From contig JBFFHS010000009.1 of the NCBI GenBank assembly GCA_041556855.1, forward strand, positions 1,891-65,890: a stretch of 64,000 nucleotides of DNA, in the 5' to 3' direction. Positions within the stretch are counted from its first letter, which is position 1; each line of letters opens with the position of its first letter. A program made the position numbers and the translations under genes. This document shows positions 18,685-28,465 of this stretch, piece by piece. This DNA comes from Gammaproteobacteria bacterium (lineage in GTDB: Bacteria; Pseudomonadota; Gammaproteobacteria; Steroidobacterales; JBFFHS01). Under the pieces are notes generated by a model. It was not told the origin of the DNA. It saw only the letters and a program-made list of their open reading frames with translations, and searched no databases.

Positions 18685-20001
18685 ATGGGCGTTGATCTGC
18701 GCAAGTTTCTGGGGGACATCCAGACGCAGTCATCCGGGAGTTTCTTGCGAGTGAAGGGTGGAGTGGATCCGCGCTGGGAACTCTCCGCGGTGCAGAAACG
18801 TTTGGAGATGGACGGCGCCTTGCCGGTGTTGCTGTTTGAGCAGGTCGCCGGCTCCCAGATGCGGGTGGTGAGCAATTTATTTGCCCGCAAACGCTACGTG
18901 GGGCTTGCCATTGGCGCGCCCGTGGGTCAGCTGGCCCAGCATATCGCCCAGGCGTGGCAGCGCCCCATTCCCTCTGTGACGGTGACGGCGGGTCCGGCGC
19001 AGGAGGTTGTTCACGAGTCTGACCAGGTAGACCTGCGTACCTTGCCACTGGTCACGCACTGCGAAAAGGACGCGGGACCTTATCTCACTTCCGGCGTGAC
19101 CATCATGCGTGACCCGGACTCGGGATTTCTGAACGCTGGGATGTACCGCAGCCAATATCTCTCGCCAACCACGTGCACCATGAACCTAAGCCCGGTCAGC
19201 CACGGCACCGAGATCGCCAACGCGGCCGAGGCGCGTGGCTCCCATGTCGAGGCCGCCATCGTTCTCGGCCACCATCCGGCGCTCGCTATCGCCACTCAGC
19301 GGCACGGTGTGCCCGGGGAGTTTGAGTTGGACATCATGGGCGCGCTTGTTGGCGAGCCGGTAGAGATGGTGCAGGCCAGGACAGTGGACGTCCTGGTTCC
19401 GGCCAGCGCCGAGATTGTGATTGAGGGCAGGATTCGAACGGACCTCTGGGCGGACGATGGGCCCTTCGGCGATTTCGCCTTCTACTATTCAAAGGTCAAG
19501 AAGGCGCGGGTTTTTGAAGTCACGGCAATCACCCACCGCCATGACGCCATATTTCACGATCTGTTCAGCGCGGGCCGTGAGCACCCGCTGCTGTATTCCC
19601 TCGGCCGGGAAACGGCTGCGTTCAACGAGCTTGAGCCAAAAATTCCCGGCTTGCGCAGCGTGAGCGTGTCGGTGGCAGGCGCCGGCCATCTGCTCTACCT
19701 GAGGATTAATAAAACCGAGAATAATCAAGGCCTCGAGGCGGCTCGCGCGGGGCTTGAGACAGGCAAGTTCATCGGTGTGGTAGTGGTGGATGAAGATGTG
19801 GACATCGAAGATGATCGGCAAGTCGTGTGGGCGCTCATGACCCGCGCCCGAGCGGAAGCCTCTCTGGTGACCATGCCCGGTCCCAGCATCACCCATGCGG
19901 GTATCGACGCCACGCGAACTCTGGATCCCGGCTTTCCCGAGTACGCCCAGCCGCCTAGAGAGCTGTGGAGCAATCTGCAGCTCAGTCGCTTTCTGAAATA
20001 G
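18685..20001 (+). CDS. UbiD-family (prFMN-dependent) decarboxylase/carboxylase, paralog 1
   Basis: LRKFLGDIQ...FLRVKGGVDPRWELSAV...PVLLFEQV... and DLRTLPLVTHCEKDAGPYLTSGVTIMRDPDSGFLNAGMYR match the UbiD family layout. 438 aa. Confidence 0.8.
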   Translation: MGVDLRKFLGDIQTQSSGSFLRVKGGVDPRWELSAVQKRLEMDGALPVLLFEQVAGSQMRVVSNLFARKRYVGLAIGAPVGQLAQHIAQAWQRPIPSVTVTAGPAQEVVHESDQVDLRTLPLVTHCEKDAGPYLTSGVTIMRDPDSGFLNAGMYRSQYLSPTTCTMNLSPVSHGTEIANAAEARGSHVEAAIVLGHHPALAIATQRHGVPGEFELDIMGALVGEPVEMVQARTVDVLVPASAEIVIEGRIRTDLWADDGPFGDFAFYYSKVKKARVFEVTAITHRHDAIFHDLFSAGREHPLLYSLGRETAAFNELEPKIPGLRSVSVSVAGAGHLLYLRINKTENNQGLEAARAGLETGKFIGVVVVDEDVDIEDDRQVVWALMTRARAEASLVTMPGPSITHAGIDATRTLDPGFPEYAQPPRELWSNLQLSRFLK

Positions 20002-20010
20002 AGCGGCGCC

Positions 20011-20772
20011 GTGTCGCAATCATTGCAAGGAAGAACGGCGTTGGTCACCGGCGCGGCAGCGGGTATGGGGCGTTCCCACGCGGTCGTGCTGGCCCAGCGC
20101 GGCGCCGATGTTGTCGTGCATGACGTCAATGGGGATGGCGCCGAGGAGACCGCCGCGGCTGTGCGTGCCGCGGGTCGGCAGGCCCGCGTGATCGTCATGG
20201 ATATTCGCGACACCGACGCGCTGGTCGAGGCGGTCCAGGACGCTGCTGCCCATCTCGGCAGCATCGATGTTCTGGTCAACAATGCTGGTGTTGGGGGCGA
20301 GGGTCTCTCGCTGGAGGACGTCACAGAGGAGATCTTCGATCGCGTCTTTGATGTCCATGTCAAAGGGGCGTTCTTGCTGACCCGGGCCCTCGTGCCAGGG
20401 ATGAAGCAGCAGCGCTACGGCAAGATCATCAACATCACGTCCGTTTTTGCCATGGGCGGCAGCGCCTTCGCGTCCCACTACGCCGCCGCCAAGTCGGCGC
20501 TGACGGGCTTGACCAAAAGCTGGGCGCGGGAGTTGGCGCCGTTCAACATCATGGTCAATGCCGTCGCGCCTGGTGTGCTGGAGACTGATATGACGCTCAA
20601 CAGCGTCGGCAAGGACAGGATCAGGGCCCTGGCTGAGGATATACCCCTGGGTCGGATGGCCAAGCCGATTGATATTTCCTATGCGGTTGCCTGGCTGGCC
20701 TCGCCGGAAACGGACATGTTGACGGGGCAGGTCATCTCCCCAAGCGGTGGCGCAGCCATTGTCGGGATCTGA
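20011..20772 (+). CDS. short-chain dehydrogenase/reductase (SDR)
   Basis: TGAAAGMG cofactor motif, NNAG, catalytic YAAAK. GTG start 10 nt after the UbiD stop. Confidence 0.85.
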   Translation: MSQSLQGRTALVTGAAAGMGRSHAVVLAQRGADVVVHDVNGDGAEETAAAVRAAGRQARVIVMDIRDTDALVEAVQDAAAHLGSIDVLVNNAGVGGEGLSLEDVTEEIFDRVFDVHVKGAFLLTRALVPGMKQQRYGKIINITSVFAMGGSAFASHYAAAKSALTGLTKSWARELAPFNIMVNAVAPGVLETDMTLNSVGKDRIRALAEDIPLGRMAKPIDISYAVAWLASPETDMLTGQVISPSGGAAIVGI

Positions 20773-20792
20773 GTTCGGCGCGCGCTCTGCCC

Positions 20793-22136
20793 TCAGGCAT
20801 CGTACTCGTCCCATCTGCGGATGTAGGCTTTCATGCCCGAGCCGAGAATGACCACGCCGATAATCGAAGCAACGACGGTAACCACGGTCAGCGACATGCC
20901 GACCGACATATCATCCTTGAAATAGAAATCCGTCATGGCCGCGACGGCAGACGGTCCGATAGCCAGACCAATGATGCTTATCGCGAACAGATAGATGGCA
21001 ATGATCTGGCCCCGCATTTCGTTGGGCGTGATAGCTTGGAGGATTGCCGGGGGCATGCCGGTGGGGCCGCCCATGAAAAAGAACGTGAGCGCAAGGCACC
21101 CCAGCGCCCAGTAGGGACTGTCGAAGGCCAGCATCAATGCCAGAGGGATGATCACCAGTATCTGGGAGATCAGAAGAATCTTGGAGTAGGGCGCTTTCAT
21201 CCCGCGCCGCATGAGCCACTGGGTCAGAAACCCTGCGGTCGCCAGCCCGGCCGTGCCAAAGATCAAGACCACCGAGCCAAACCACGGACCAATCTGTCCC
21301 TGATTCCACCCATACTGCCGGATAAACATCGTGGGGACCCAACTGAAAATGGAATAGATCGTGAGCACGAAAAACGATGTGCCGATAATTTGGGAGCCAT
21401 AGGCAAGCCAGTGCTTGCGGATATAGCGGAAGGTCTGTCTCATGCTGACGTCCTGTGTCGTGCTCATCAGTTCCTTACGGGAGGGCTCGCGAACCGTAGC
21501 CATGAGAAGCACGATGGGAAGTCCGGGAAGTCCAACGAGTACGAATGCGATCTGCCAGGGGGCCAGTTCCCCCAGCAGAAAGATATCCTGAGCGCCGCCG
21601 GTCATCGCGAACTGCACAGCGATGCCGCCAAAGATATAGGCCAACCCGGCGCCACACAGAATACCCGCCGAATACATGTTGATGGGCAGTCCCCTTTTCT
21701 CCTTCGGGAAGGAGTCGGAGATAATGGAATAGGCGGCGGGAGAGAGCGCAGCCTCGCCGACGCCGACGCCGACCCGAGCAAGAAACAGCTGCCAGTAGTT
21801 GGACGCGAGCCCACACAGTACCGTCATCAGACTCCAAAGACTCACGCCGGCCATAATGAGCCCTTTACGGTTGTGGCTATCTGCTATCCGCCCGAGGGGG
21901 ATGCCCATGATGGTGTAGAAGATGGCGAAGGCCAGCCCCTGAATCAGGCTGACCTGAAAATCCGTAATCTGAAAATCCGCTCTGATCGGTCCGATGACAA
22001 GCGCCAGAATCTGCCGGTCAATGAATGACAGCGTGTAGGCAAGATACAGGACCCCGACCACGTACCACGCGTAACCAGAGGGTGGATAGGAGCCGGTCGG
22101 GGCGCTTGGAGAACCTGTTGCTGGCTGATCGCTCAC
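20793..22136 (-). CDS. MFS transporter
   Basis: 12-TM pattern and GRIADSHNRKG loop motif. 447 aa. Last gene of the minus-strand array. Confidence 0.85.
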   Translation of the reverse strand: MSDQPATGSPSAPTGSYPPSGYAWYVVGVLYLAYTLSFIDRQILALVIGPIRADFQITDFQVSLIQGLAFAIFYTIMGIPLGRIADSHNRKGLIMAGVSLWSLMTVLCGLASNYWQLFLARVGVGVGEAALSPAAYSIISDSFPKEKRGLPINMYSAGILCGAGLAYIFGGIAVQFAMTGGAQDIFLLGELAPWQIAFVLVGLPGLPIVLLMATVREPSRKELMSTTQDVSMRQTFRYIRKHWLAYGSQIIGTSFFVLTIYSIFSWVPTMFIRQYGWNQGQIGPWFGSVVLIFGTAGLATAGFLTQWLMRRGMKAPYSKILLISQILVIIPLALMLAFDSPYWALGCLALTFFFMGGPTGMPPAILQAITPNEMRGQIIAIYLFAISIIGLAIGPSAVAAMTDFYFKDDMSVGMSLTVVTVVASIIGVVILGSGMKAYIRRWDEYDA

Positions 22137-22156
22137 GGTGGCGATGGTATGAACGA

Positions 22157-23173
22157 TTACTCTTGTTCGCCGATAGGGCCCACTAATACCTTACCCATTG
22201 GCCCGTGGCGCAGGTAGTTAAGCCCTTCTTGGACCTCATCGAAGGGAAACACGCGATCAATGAGCAGCCTGGCTTTGCTGGATTTGAGCACCTGGCAAAG
22301 CGCCGCAAAACCCCGTTGCGATTCCGTCTCCGATTGCATGCTCACCTGGATACCGTGAATCTGGAGGCGCTTGAAGAGAATCTCCATGGGATTGATTTCG
22401 CAGCGGGTGCCGCCCAGTGCGCCAATGACGCACATGCGCCCGAACGGCTTGAGCGCGCCAAGACTGCGGGCGAACGACTCACCGCCGACCAACTCGAGCA
22501 CCACATCCGCCCCGCCCACAGCTTGGATTTTCTCGGCGATCTCGGGGTCATTGGTGTCGAAAACATGATCTGCGCCGAGTTCCAGGAGCTTGGCGCTCTT
22601 GTCGGGATGTCCCGATAGCTCCAGAAGTCCCGTCGCGATGGTCTTGGCGCCCATGGCCTTGGACAGGGCCAGCGCGGCCAACCCTACGCCCCCCGTGGCG
22701 GCCGTGAGCAGGACCGTCTCGCCTGCCTGGAGCTTGGCCACGTCCGAGAGGGCTTGCCAGGCTGTGAGGAAGACCTTGGTGCCGGCTGCCCCATCCTGCG
22801 GCGACCACCAGGGTGGCAACAGCGCCAGCTCGCCTGCCGGGATCGCGACGTACTCCGCCAAGGTCCCATCCCGGGTAATGCCCACGGTGGCGCCCGTGAA
22901 CACCACGGCGTCATCCACATTGAACTTATGGGTCGAGTTGGCATCCACGATTCGGCCGCAGCCATCCCTGCCGACAGAGAACGGGGGTTTTCCGGCGCCC
23001 GGATAACGGCCCATGACGAGAAAGGCGTCCGCTGGGTTCAGTGCCGCGTAGTCGAGTCGGACCAGTACCTCGCCCTCCGCGGGCGAGGGGATCGGTACCT
23101 GCTCCAATTGCAGGTTCTTCACATGACCGAATTCGTGAAAGCGCCATGCGCGCATCGTGGCGCCGTCAGGCAT
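22157..23173 (-). CDS. MDR-superfamily NAD(P)H quinone/enoyl oxidoreductase
   Basis: LDYAALNPADAFLVMGRYPG and TAATGGVGLAALALSKAMGAK (Rossmann). An alternative start MRAWRFHEFG lies at 23155. 8-bp overlap with the ligase stop if 23173 is used. Confidence 0.75.
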   Translation of the reverse strand: MPDGATMRAWRFHEFGHVKNLQLEQVPIPSPAEGEVLVRLDYAALNPADAFLVMGRYPGAGKPPFSVGRDGCGRIVDANSTHKFNVDDAVVFTGATVGITRDGTLAEYVAIPAGELALLPPWWSPQDGAAGTKVFLTAWQALSDVAKLQAGETVLLTAATGGVGLAALALSKAMGAKTIATGLLELSGHPDKSAKLLELGADHVFDTNDPEIAEKIQAVGGADVVLELVGGESFARSLGALKPFGRMCVIGALGGTRCEINPMEILFKRLQIHGIQVSMQSETESQRGFAALCQVLKSSKARLLIDRVFPFDEVQEGLNYLRHGPMGKVLVGPIGEQE

Positions 23174-24737
23174 TCATTTTCTCCTCTTCCATGAGGCGCA
23201 GCTCTCGTTTCAGGACTTTGCCCGATGGCGTTTTCGGTATGTCCTCCAGCTCCACAAACTCAAATACCCGGGGCACTTTGTAGTTGGCCATCTGCTCGCG
23301 GCAGAATTCGCGGATCTCCTCGACCGTTGCGGTGGCGCCGGCTTCCAGGACGATGAACGCTTTGGGTATCTGGCCTTTCAGCTGGTCGGGGATGCCGATG
23401 ACGATCGCTTGCAGCACTTTCGGGTGCTGGATGATATAGCTCTCTACCTCAACGGGGTAGATGTTGTAGCCACCGCACAGGACCATATCGTCTTTACGAT
23501 CTACGATGTACAGGTGTCCCTCGGTGGGGCCACCGTCCTTGATCATGGCCATGTCGCCAGAATGCCACCAGCCGTCAATCAGGCTCGTGGCGCTCTTCTC
23601 CGGGTCGTTCCAGTACATGGGGATCACGCCGGGTCCCTTGCAGCACAGTTCCCCTACCTCGCCGTTAGGCAATATGTTGCCGTCGTCGTCGATGATCTTG
23701 ATTTGCCAGCCCGGCGTTGGCCAGCCGGCGGAGCCCGGGGTCCAATGATTCAAGCGGGTATGGGTTACTGAGCTGCTGCACTCCGTTGCGCCGTAGCACT
23801 CGATGAGCCCCAGGCTGAAGGTCTCTTGCACTCGTCTGCCCATCTCTGCGGGAAGCGCCGCACCGGCACTCTGGCCCAGCCACAAAGATGACACGTCATA
23901 TTGGCTCTTGTTGCGCTCGTACTCATCTACCAGATAGGTCCACATGGTAGGAGCGCCCATGAAGTGGGTGATTTTGAGTTCCGTTACCGCGCGTAATGTG
24001 GTGTCGGCGGCGAAGCGGCGCATCGCGACGACGCAGCCGCCCACATAGAAGACCGGGAGCACGGCTATCACCAGACCTACGTGAAAAAAGGGGAATCCGC
24101 CCATGACCACGTCCTCATCCGTCATGGGAACGATCTGATAGGCGCTTATGGCCGTCAAAGACAGCCAGTTCTGATGGGTTGCCGCGGCGCCCTTGGGCCT
24201 GCCGGTGGTCCCAGACGTATACAGAATAGAGACGATATCTGTGGGCTCCACATCCACGGCGCTGAACTCGTCGCTGTGCTGTGGCAGCAGCTCATCGAAA
24301 TCATAAACGCTCTCGCTCTTCAGAGACTCGGGAACGTCTTCCACCAGGATCACTTTTTCCACGGCGGGCAGCTGATCGAGGATGGGTAGAAGATTGGCCC
24401 GGGCGGGCTCGGTGGACGCAATAATAATGCGCGCGCCACAGTGGTTGGCCAGGTAGTCGATCTCCTGCCGCTTGTTCATGATGTTAAAGGGCACGTAGAT
24501 CGCCCCGGTCTTGATGATCCCCAGCACTGAAATAAGATACTCAGGAATGTTGGGGAGATAGACCGCCACTCGATCCCCCTTTTTTATTCCCATTGATATC
24601 AATGCGTTAGCTAGAGAATTGACCCTCTTATTCAATTCTCGATAGGTGTAGCTGGTAGCGCCATCGGAACTTATCAGTGCCGTGCGATTGGCAATACGCA
24701 GAGCATTGCGTTCCAGGCACTCATGGACGAGATTCAT
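23166..24737 (-). CDS. AMP-forming acyl-CoA ligase (ANL superfamily)
   Basis: ILYTSGTTGRPKGA AMP-binding motif, YGATE, GWWHSGD, and a C-terminal PKTPSGKVLKREL. ATG at 24737 (MNLVHECLERN). Confidence 0.85.
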   Translation of the reverse strand: MNLVHECLERNALRIANRTALISSDGATSYTYRELNKRVNSLANALISMGIKKGDRVAVYLPNIPEYLISVLGIIKTGAIYVPFNIMNKRQEIDYLANHCGARIIIASTEPARANLLPILDQLPAVEKVILVEDVPESLKSESVYDFDELLPQHSDEFSAVDVEPTDIVSILYTSGTTGRPKGAAATHQNWLSLTAISAYQIVPMTDEDVVMGGFPFFHVGLVIAVLPVFYVGGCVVAMRRFAADTTLRAVTELKITHFMGAPTMWTYLVDEYERNKSQYDVSSLWLGQSAGAALPAEMGRRVQETFSLGLIECYGATECSSSVTHTRLNHWTPGSAGWPTPGWQIKIIDDDGNILPNGEVGELCCKGPGVIPMYWNDPEKSATSLIDGWWHSGDMAMIKDGGPTEGHLYIVDRKDDMVLCGGYNIYPVEVESYIIQHPKVLQAIVIGIPDQLKGQIPKAFIVLEAGATATVEEIREFCREQMANYKVPRVFEFVELEDIPKTPSGKVLKRELRLMEEEKMNA

Positions 24738-24885
24738 AGATACCCCCTTCTCTCTACAGGGCACTGTGATTTAAGCAAATGCAGGGGCAATTCGTGTCGG
24801 AAACGCTGTTGCTGGTTGGAGACGGTTCGCTGCGGCAGCCACCGAGCAAGGTACAGTCTGATCTATCACAGTGTTTTCCATGGAA

Positions 24886-26307
24886 TTAATCTAATTGGTA
24901 TTTGCTCCAGTTTTCTCGAACGCTTTCCATCACGTCCTGCGCGGGCCACCCAGCTTCCGGAAACTTGCCCGGATAACCTTCTTCTTCCAATTTTCTTGTT
25001 GCATCCAAGATCAATTTGGAAACACGGGTTCGGCCACCTGTGCTGACGTCGAATCCAGGGCCCGGTAAAGCAGACAAAAGCTCGGTATCTCGCTCAAAGT
25101 CGACTCTTGTTGCAATTGCCCACATGACCTGGGCGGGATCTTCCACGTCAATATCATCATCAACAACAATCACCATTTTTACGATGCTGCTCCAGGGGAA
25201 AGCGAGTATGGCTGCTCCAATTTGCTTCGCCATAAAGGCTCTCTTTTTCCTCACTGCAACCGTATAAACATGCCCTCTGCTGGCGGCATCAAAACTCATG
25301 CGGGTAACCTGCGGCACTACTTTCTGCAATTGAACGCACTGCTGTCTGACCGACAGGTGACGATAGACTTCCATCTCACCTTCCGGCACATGCCCCGTCA
25401 TGCTGGTTTCATAGATAGGATTGTTACGATGGGTAATGGCTTTTACCGCTAAGGTGAAGTTATCTTTTACGTCCGAGTAGTAGCCCTGAAAGTCATTGTA
25501 GGGCCCTTCAGGCTTCAGATTATCACAGTCCATTTCACACTCCAGGATAATCTCAGCCCGTGCCGGCACATCAATATCTATAGTTTTTGCTCGTACAAGC
25601 TCAACAGGCCGTTGTAAAATCGCGCCTGCTTGTGCAACTTCATCAAATCTTCCCGGGAATGGTATTGAGGCGCATAACCAAAGCGCCGGCTCCGCGCCAA
25701 TTGCAACCGCAACCGGTAACTTTCTGCCCATCTTCTGTGCCTTAAGGGCATGTCGCAAAAGGTGTCGGTTTGGGATCCCGAAATTTACATTTAACTCGTT
25801 TTTGCCCCGGACCATAATGCGATAAATGCCCGCGTTACGGCTGCCGTGCTCGGGGTCAATGCTTAAAGAAACGCCCGCCGTAATGTATGGTCCGCCTTCC
25901 TTCTCGCAGAATGTCGGAACAGGGAATTGATCCAAGTCAACCTGCTCCCCAGTTTTGACCACCTCCTGGGACGGGGCATTTTCAATGACTCTTGGCTCAA
26001 AATCTTCTCGTCTGGTTTCCAGGATCTCTGCAACAAATTGGTCCAAATCCGCTTCCTGACACCCGATGGAAAGACAGATCCTGTCTTTTGAAGCGGTTCC
26101 TCCGATCAGAACTGGTATTGATGAGCCTTTGACATTTTCAAATAGAACCGCCCTGTTCTGGTGCCTTGCTAATTCAAGAAAGATAGCGCCCAGCTCTTGG
26201 TTGGGGTCCACTTCGGTGGTGACAGTTTTCAACTCTCCGTTCTGGCGGAGCAAGTCGATATAACCGCGGAGATCTTCATATTTAACTAGAGGCTTGAGTT
26301 CCGACAT
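24886..26307 (-). CDS. UbiD-family decarboxylase/carboxylase, paralog 2 (low-GC copy)
   Basis: Alignable by eye with paralog 1 (DLDQFPVPTFCEKEGGPYITAGVSLSIDPEHGSRNAGIYR). ATG at 26307 (MSELKPLVKYEDLRGYIDLL), 13 nt after the upstream stop. Confidence 0.8.
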   Translation of the reverse strand: MSELKPLVKYEDLRGYIDLLRQNGELKTVTTEVDPNQELGAIFLELARHQNRAVLFENVKGSSIPVLIGGTASKDRICLSIGCQEADLDQFVAEILETRREDFEPRVIENAPSQEVVKTGEQVDLDQFPVPTFCEKEGGPYITAGVSLSIDPEHGSRNAGIYRIMVRGKNELNVNFGIPNRHLLRHALKAQKMGRKLPVAVAIGAEPALWLCASIPFPGRFDEVAQAGAILQRPVELVRAKTIDIDVPARAEIILECEMDCDNLKPEGPYNDFQGYYSDVKDNFTLAVKAITHRNNPIYETSMTGHVPEGEMEVYRHLSVRQQCVQLQKVVPQVTRMSFDAASRGHVYTVAVRKKRAFMAKQIGAAILAFPWSSIVKMVIVVDDDIDVEDPAQVMWAIATRVDFERDTELLSALPGPGFDVSTGGRTRVSKLILDATRKLEEEGYPGKFPEAGWPAQDVMESVRENWSKYQLD

Positions 26308-26320
26308 GAAAACACAGTCC

Positions 26321-28465
26321 TTAAATAAAAATTCGAGCGTCGGCAACAACCACTCGATCTGGATTAGCGAAGATGGGGTTCAAATCCATCTCCCTGATTT
26401 CCGGTAATTCATTGAGAACGTTGGAGACGCCAGCGATGGTCTTGCACAGAGAAGGTATATCAACAGCCTGACTACCACGATATCCCTGCAGTAATTTGTG
26501 CCCCTTTAACTCCATTAACATCTCAAGTGCTTCATCTTCACCAATTGGAGCAAGGCGGTAGGCCACATCCTCGAAAACTTCGACGAAAACGCCCCCCATG
26601 CCAACCATTAGCATCTGCCCAAACTGGGGGTCTTTAACCGCACCGATGATTACTTCCGCGCCCGAGACCATCTCTTGCACCGAGATACCGGTTAATTTTT
26701 CTATTGGCCAGGAGTTTGTGAATTTGGATTCCATCGCATTAAAGGTTTGTGTTACTGCTTCGTGATCTTTTAAGCCAACCGCAACACCGCCGATATCGCT
26801 CTTATGAACCACCTCGTTGGAAACGATCTTCATCACGACCGGGTAGCCAATTGTGTTCGCAGCATCCGTGGCCTGTTGTGCGGTTTCGCAAATGATCTCT
26901 TGGGTGGTATCCACCCCAAAATCGGCCAAGATTCGTTTTACTTCATATTCCAGAATGTAACTACGATCCTGCTGGCGAGCTTGCGCAAAAATCTGTTTTG
27001 CTTGTTGCACTGCTTGTTGGCTGGGGGGTTCCGGAAGGGGCTCCTTAGCGGTCCCGGCTGCATTTCTTTTGGTCACATAAGCAGCGTAATCGCACACCAG
27101 CGAGGCGGAGCGCACTAAGCGACCTGTTGACTCAAATACCGGAATTTTGGCCTGCTCGAGGATTTCCTTATTTTTCGCAGCAATTCTTTCACTCACCCAA
27201 CAAACATAAACCGGTTTAGGTGAGGCATATTTGCTTCTTAAATTAAGAATGACATCGCGAACCGCCTCAATGTGCTCAACGGTTCTGGTTGCTCGTAAAA
27301 CGATGATTGGCACTATGATGTCAATCTCGTCGCTTTCTTGAAAAGCGTCGATGGTGTTCTCCATAACCTCACCATAGGTACCCCATACTGGCGTGGTATC
27401 AACCGGGTTGCGAGCGCTGGCAAAGTCAGGAATCATTTTCTTGATGCGCTGTTGAGTATGCGCGTCAGTTTCTGGAACGAGTAAGCCTGCCTCCTCCATC
27501 AAATCAGTCAGCTCGACTCCCAGGCCGCCTGAGGCAGTGATGATCCCGACGCCGCGGCCTTTTGGTAAAGGCTGCCAACTCAGCACTTTAGAGACATCCA
27601 GCAATTCTTGAGCACTCGAAGTTTCTATCAGGCCCGCCTGCTTGAAGGCGGTGGTATAGGCCGTATGGTCGCCCGCTAAGGCTGCCGTATGGGACGCAGC
27701 AGCTCTGGAGGCACCTTCCGTTCGTCCGATCTTGCAGACCACAATGGGCTTCTCTGCTGAAATCTTCCGAGCCGACTCAAAAAACTTTCGACCTTCCCCA
27801 ATCGACTCAAGAAACAAACAGATCAGCTTCGTTTGAGGGTCGTCGGCCAAGTAGTCCAGGACTTCATAATCGTGAACATCGCTTTTGTTGCCGGACACCA
27901 TGAATTTCCCAAACTGCAGACCTTCATCCCGGCCTTGGGTATAGATCACCTCTCCGCCGCCGCCGCTTTGGGTAACAAAGGAGATCGGGCCGCCCGCCAC
28001 TGAGTCCTGAAAAGAAAAAGTAGCGTTCAATCCATTATGACAATTACGAATGCCAAAGCAGTTGGGGCCAATGATTCTCATACCCGCTGCGCGAGCAATC
28101 TCGAGCATCTTGGCTTCTTTTTCTGCGCCCTCACGACCGGTCTCGCTAAAGCCGGCGGTGGTCACAATCGCGACTTTGACGCCGGCCTTGGCGCAGTCTT
28201 CAACAACATCTAAGACCGCATCCAATGGAACTACAATGACAGCTAGGTCGACCGGTTTGTTGATGGCGCTGACACGCGTGTACGCTTGCAAGCCCAACAT
28301 CTCGCCACCGGACGGATTGACTGGGTAGATCTCCCCTCCGTACTGAAGGAGGTTCTGCAAATAGAAAAAACCAATCTTCCCCTGTTTGTCGGAAGCACCC
28401 ACCAAGGCGATGCTTCTTGGCTCAAACAGTTGGTCTAGAAAGGATTCGCTCATCTCGTCATTCAC
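26321..28465 (-). CDS. ADP-forming (NDP-forming) acyl-CoA synthetase, fused alpha+beta domains (low-GC copy)
   Basis: CoA-binding start SIALVGASDKQGKIGF, GPNCFGI, conserved His segment AASHTAALAG, and a C-terminal ATP-grasp (GYPVVMKIVSNEVVHKSDIGGV). 714 aa, no GNAT tail. Confidence 0.8.
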   Translation of the reverse strand: MNDEMSESFLDQLFEPRSIALVGASDKQGKIGFFYLQNLLQYGGEIYPVNPSGGEMLGLQAYTRVSAINKPVDLAVIVVPLDAVLDVVEDCAKAGVKVAIVTTAGFSETGREGAEKEAKMLEIARAAGMRIIGPNCFGIRNCHNGLNATFSFQDSVAGGPISFVTQSGGGGEVIYTQGRDEGLQFGKFMVSGNKSDVHDYEVLDYLADDPQTKLICLFLESIGEGRKFFESARKISAEKPIVVCKIGRTEGASRAAASHTAALAGDHTAYTTAFKQAGLIETSSAQELLDVSKVLSWQPLPKGRGVGIITASGGLGVELTDLMEEAGLLVPETDAHTQQRIKKMIPDFASARNPVDTTPVWGTYGEVMENTIDAFQESDEIDIIVPIIVLRATRTVEHIEAVRDVILNLRSKYASPKPVYVCWVSERIAAKNKEILEQAKIPVFESTGRLVRSASLVCDYAAYVTKRNAAGTAKEPLPEPPSQQAVQQAKQIFAQARQQDRSYILEYEVKRILADFGVDTTQEIICETAQQATDAANTIGYPVVMKIVSNEVVHKSDIGGVAVGLKDHEAVTQTFNAMESKFTNSWPIEKLTGISVQEMVSGAEVIIGAVKDPQFGQMLMVGMGGVFVEVFEDVAYRLAPIGEDEALEMLMELKGHKLLQGYRGSQAVDIPSLCKTIAGVSNVLNELPEIREMDLNPIFANPDRVVVADARIFI

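Noticed and set aside
21954-21979. 11-bp direct repeat CTGAAAATCCG x2 (15-bp period) inside the MFS gene, encoding DFQITDFQV
   Set aside because: It is a small in-frame duplication within a loop of an otherwise intact transporter. It is too short to call a repeat element or a phase-variation tract.
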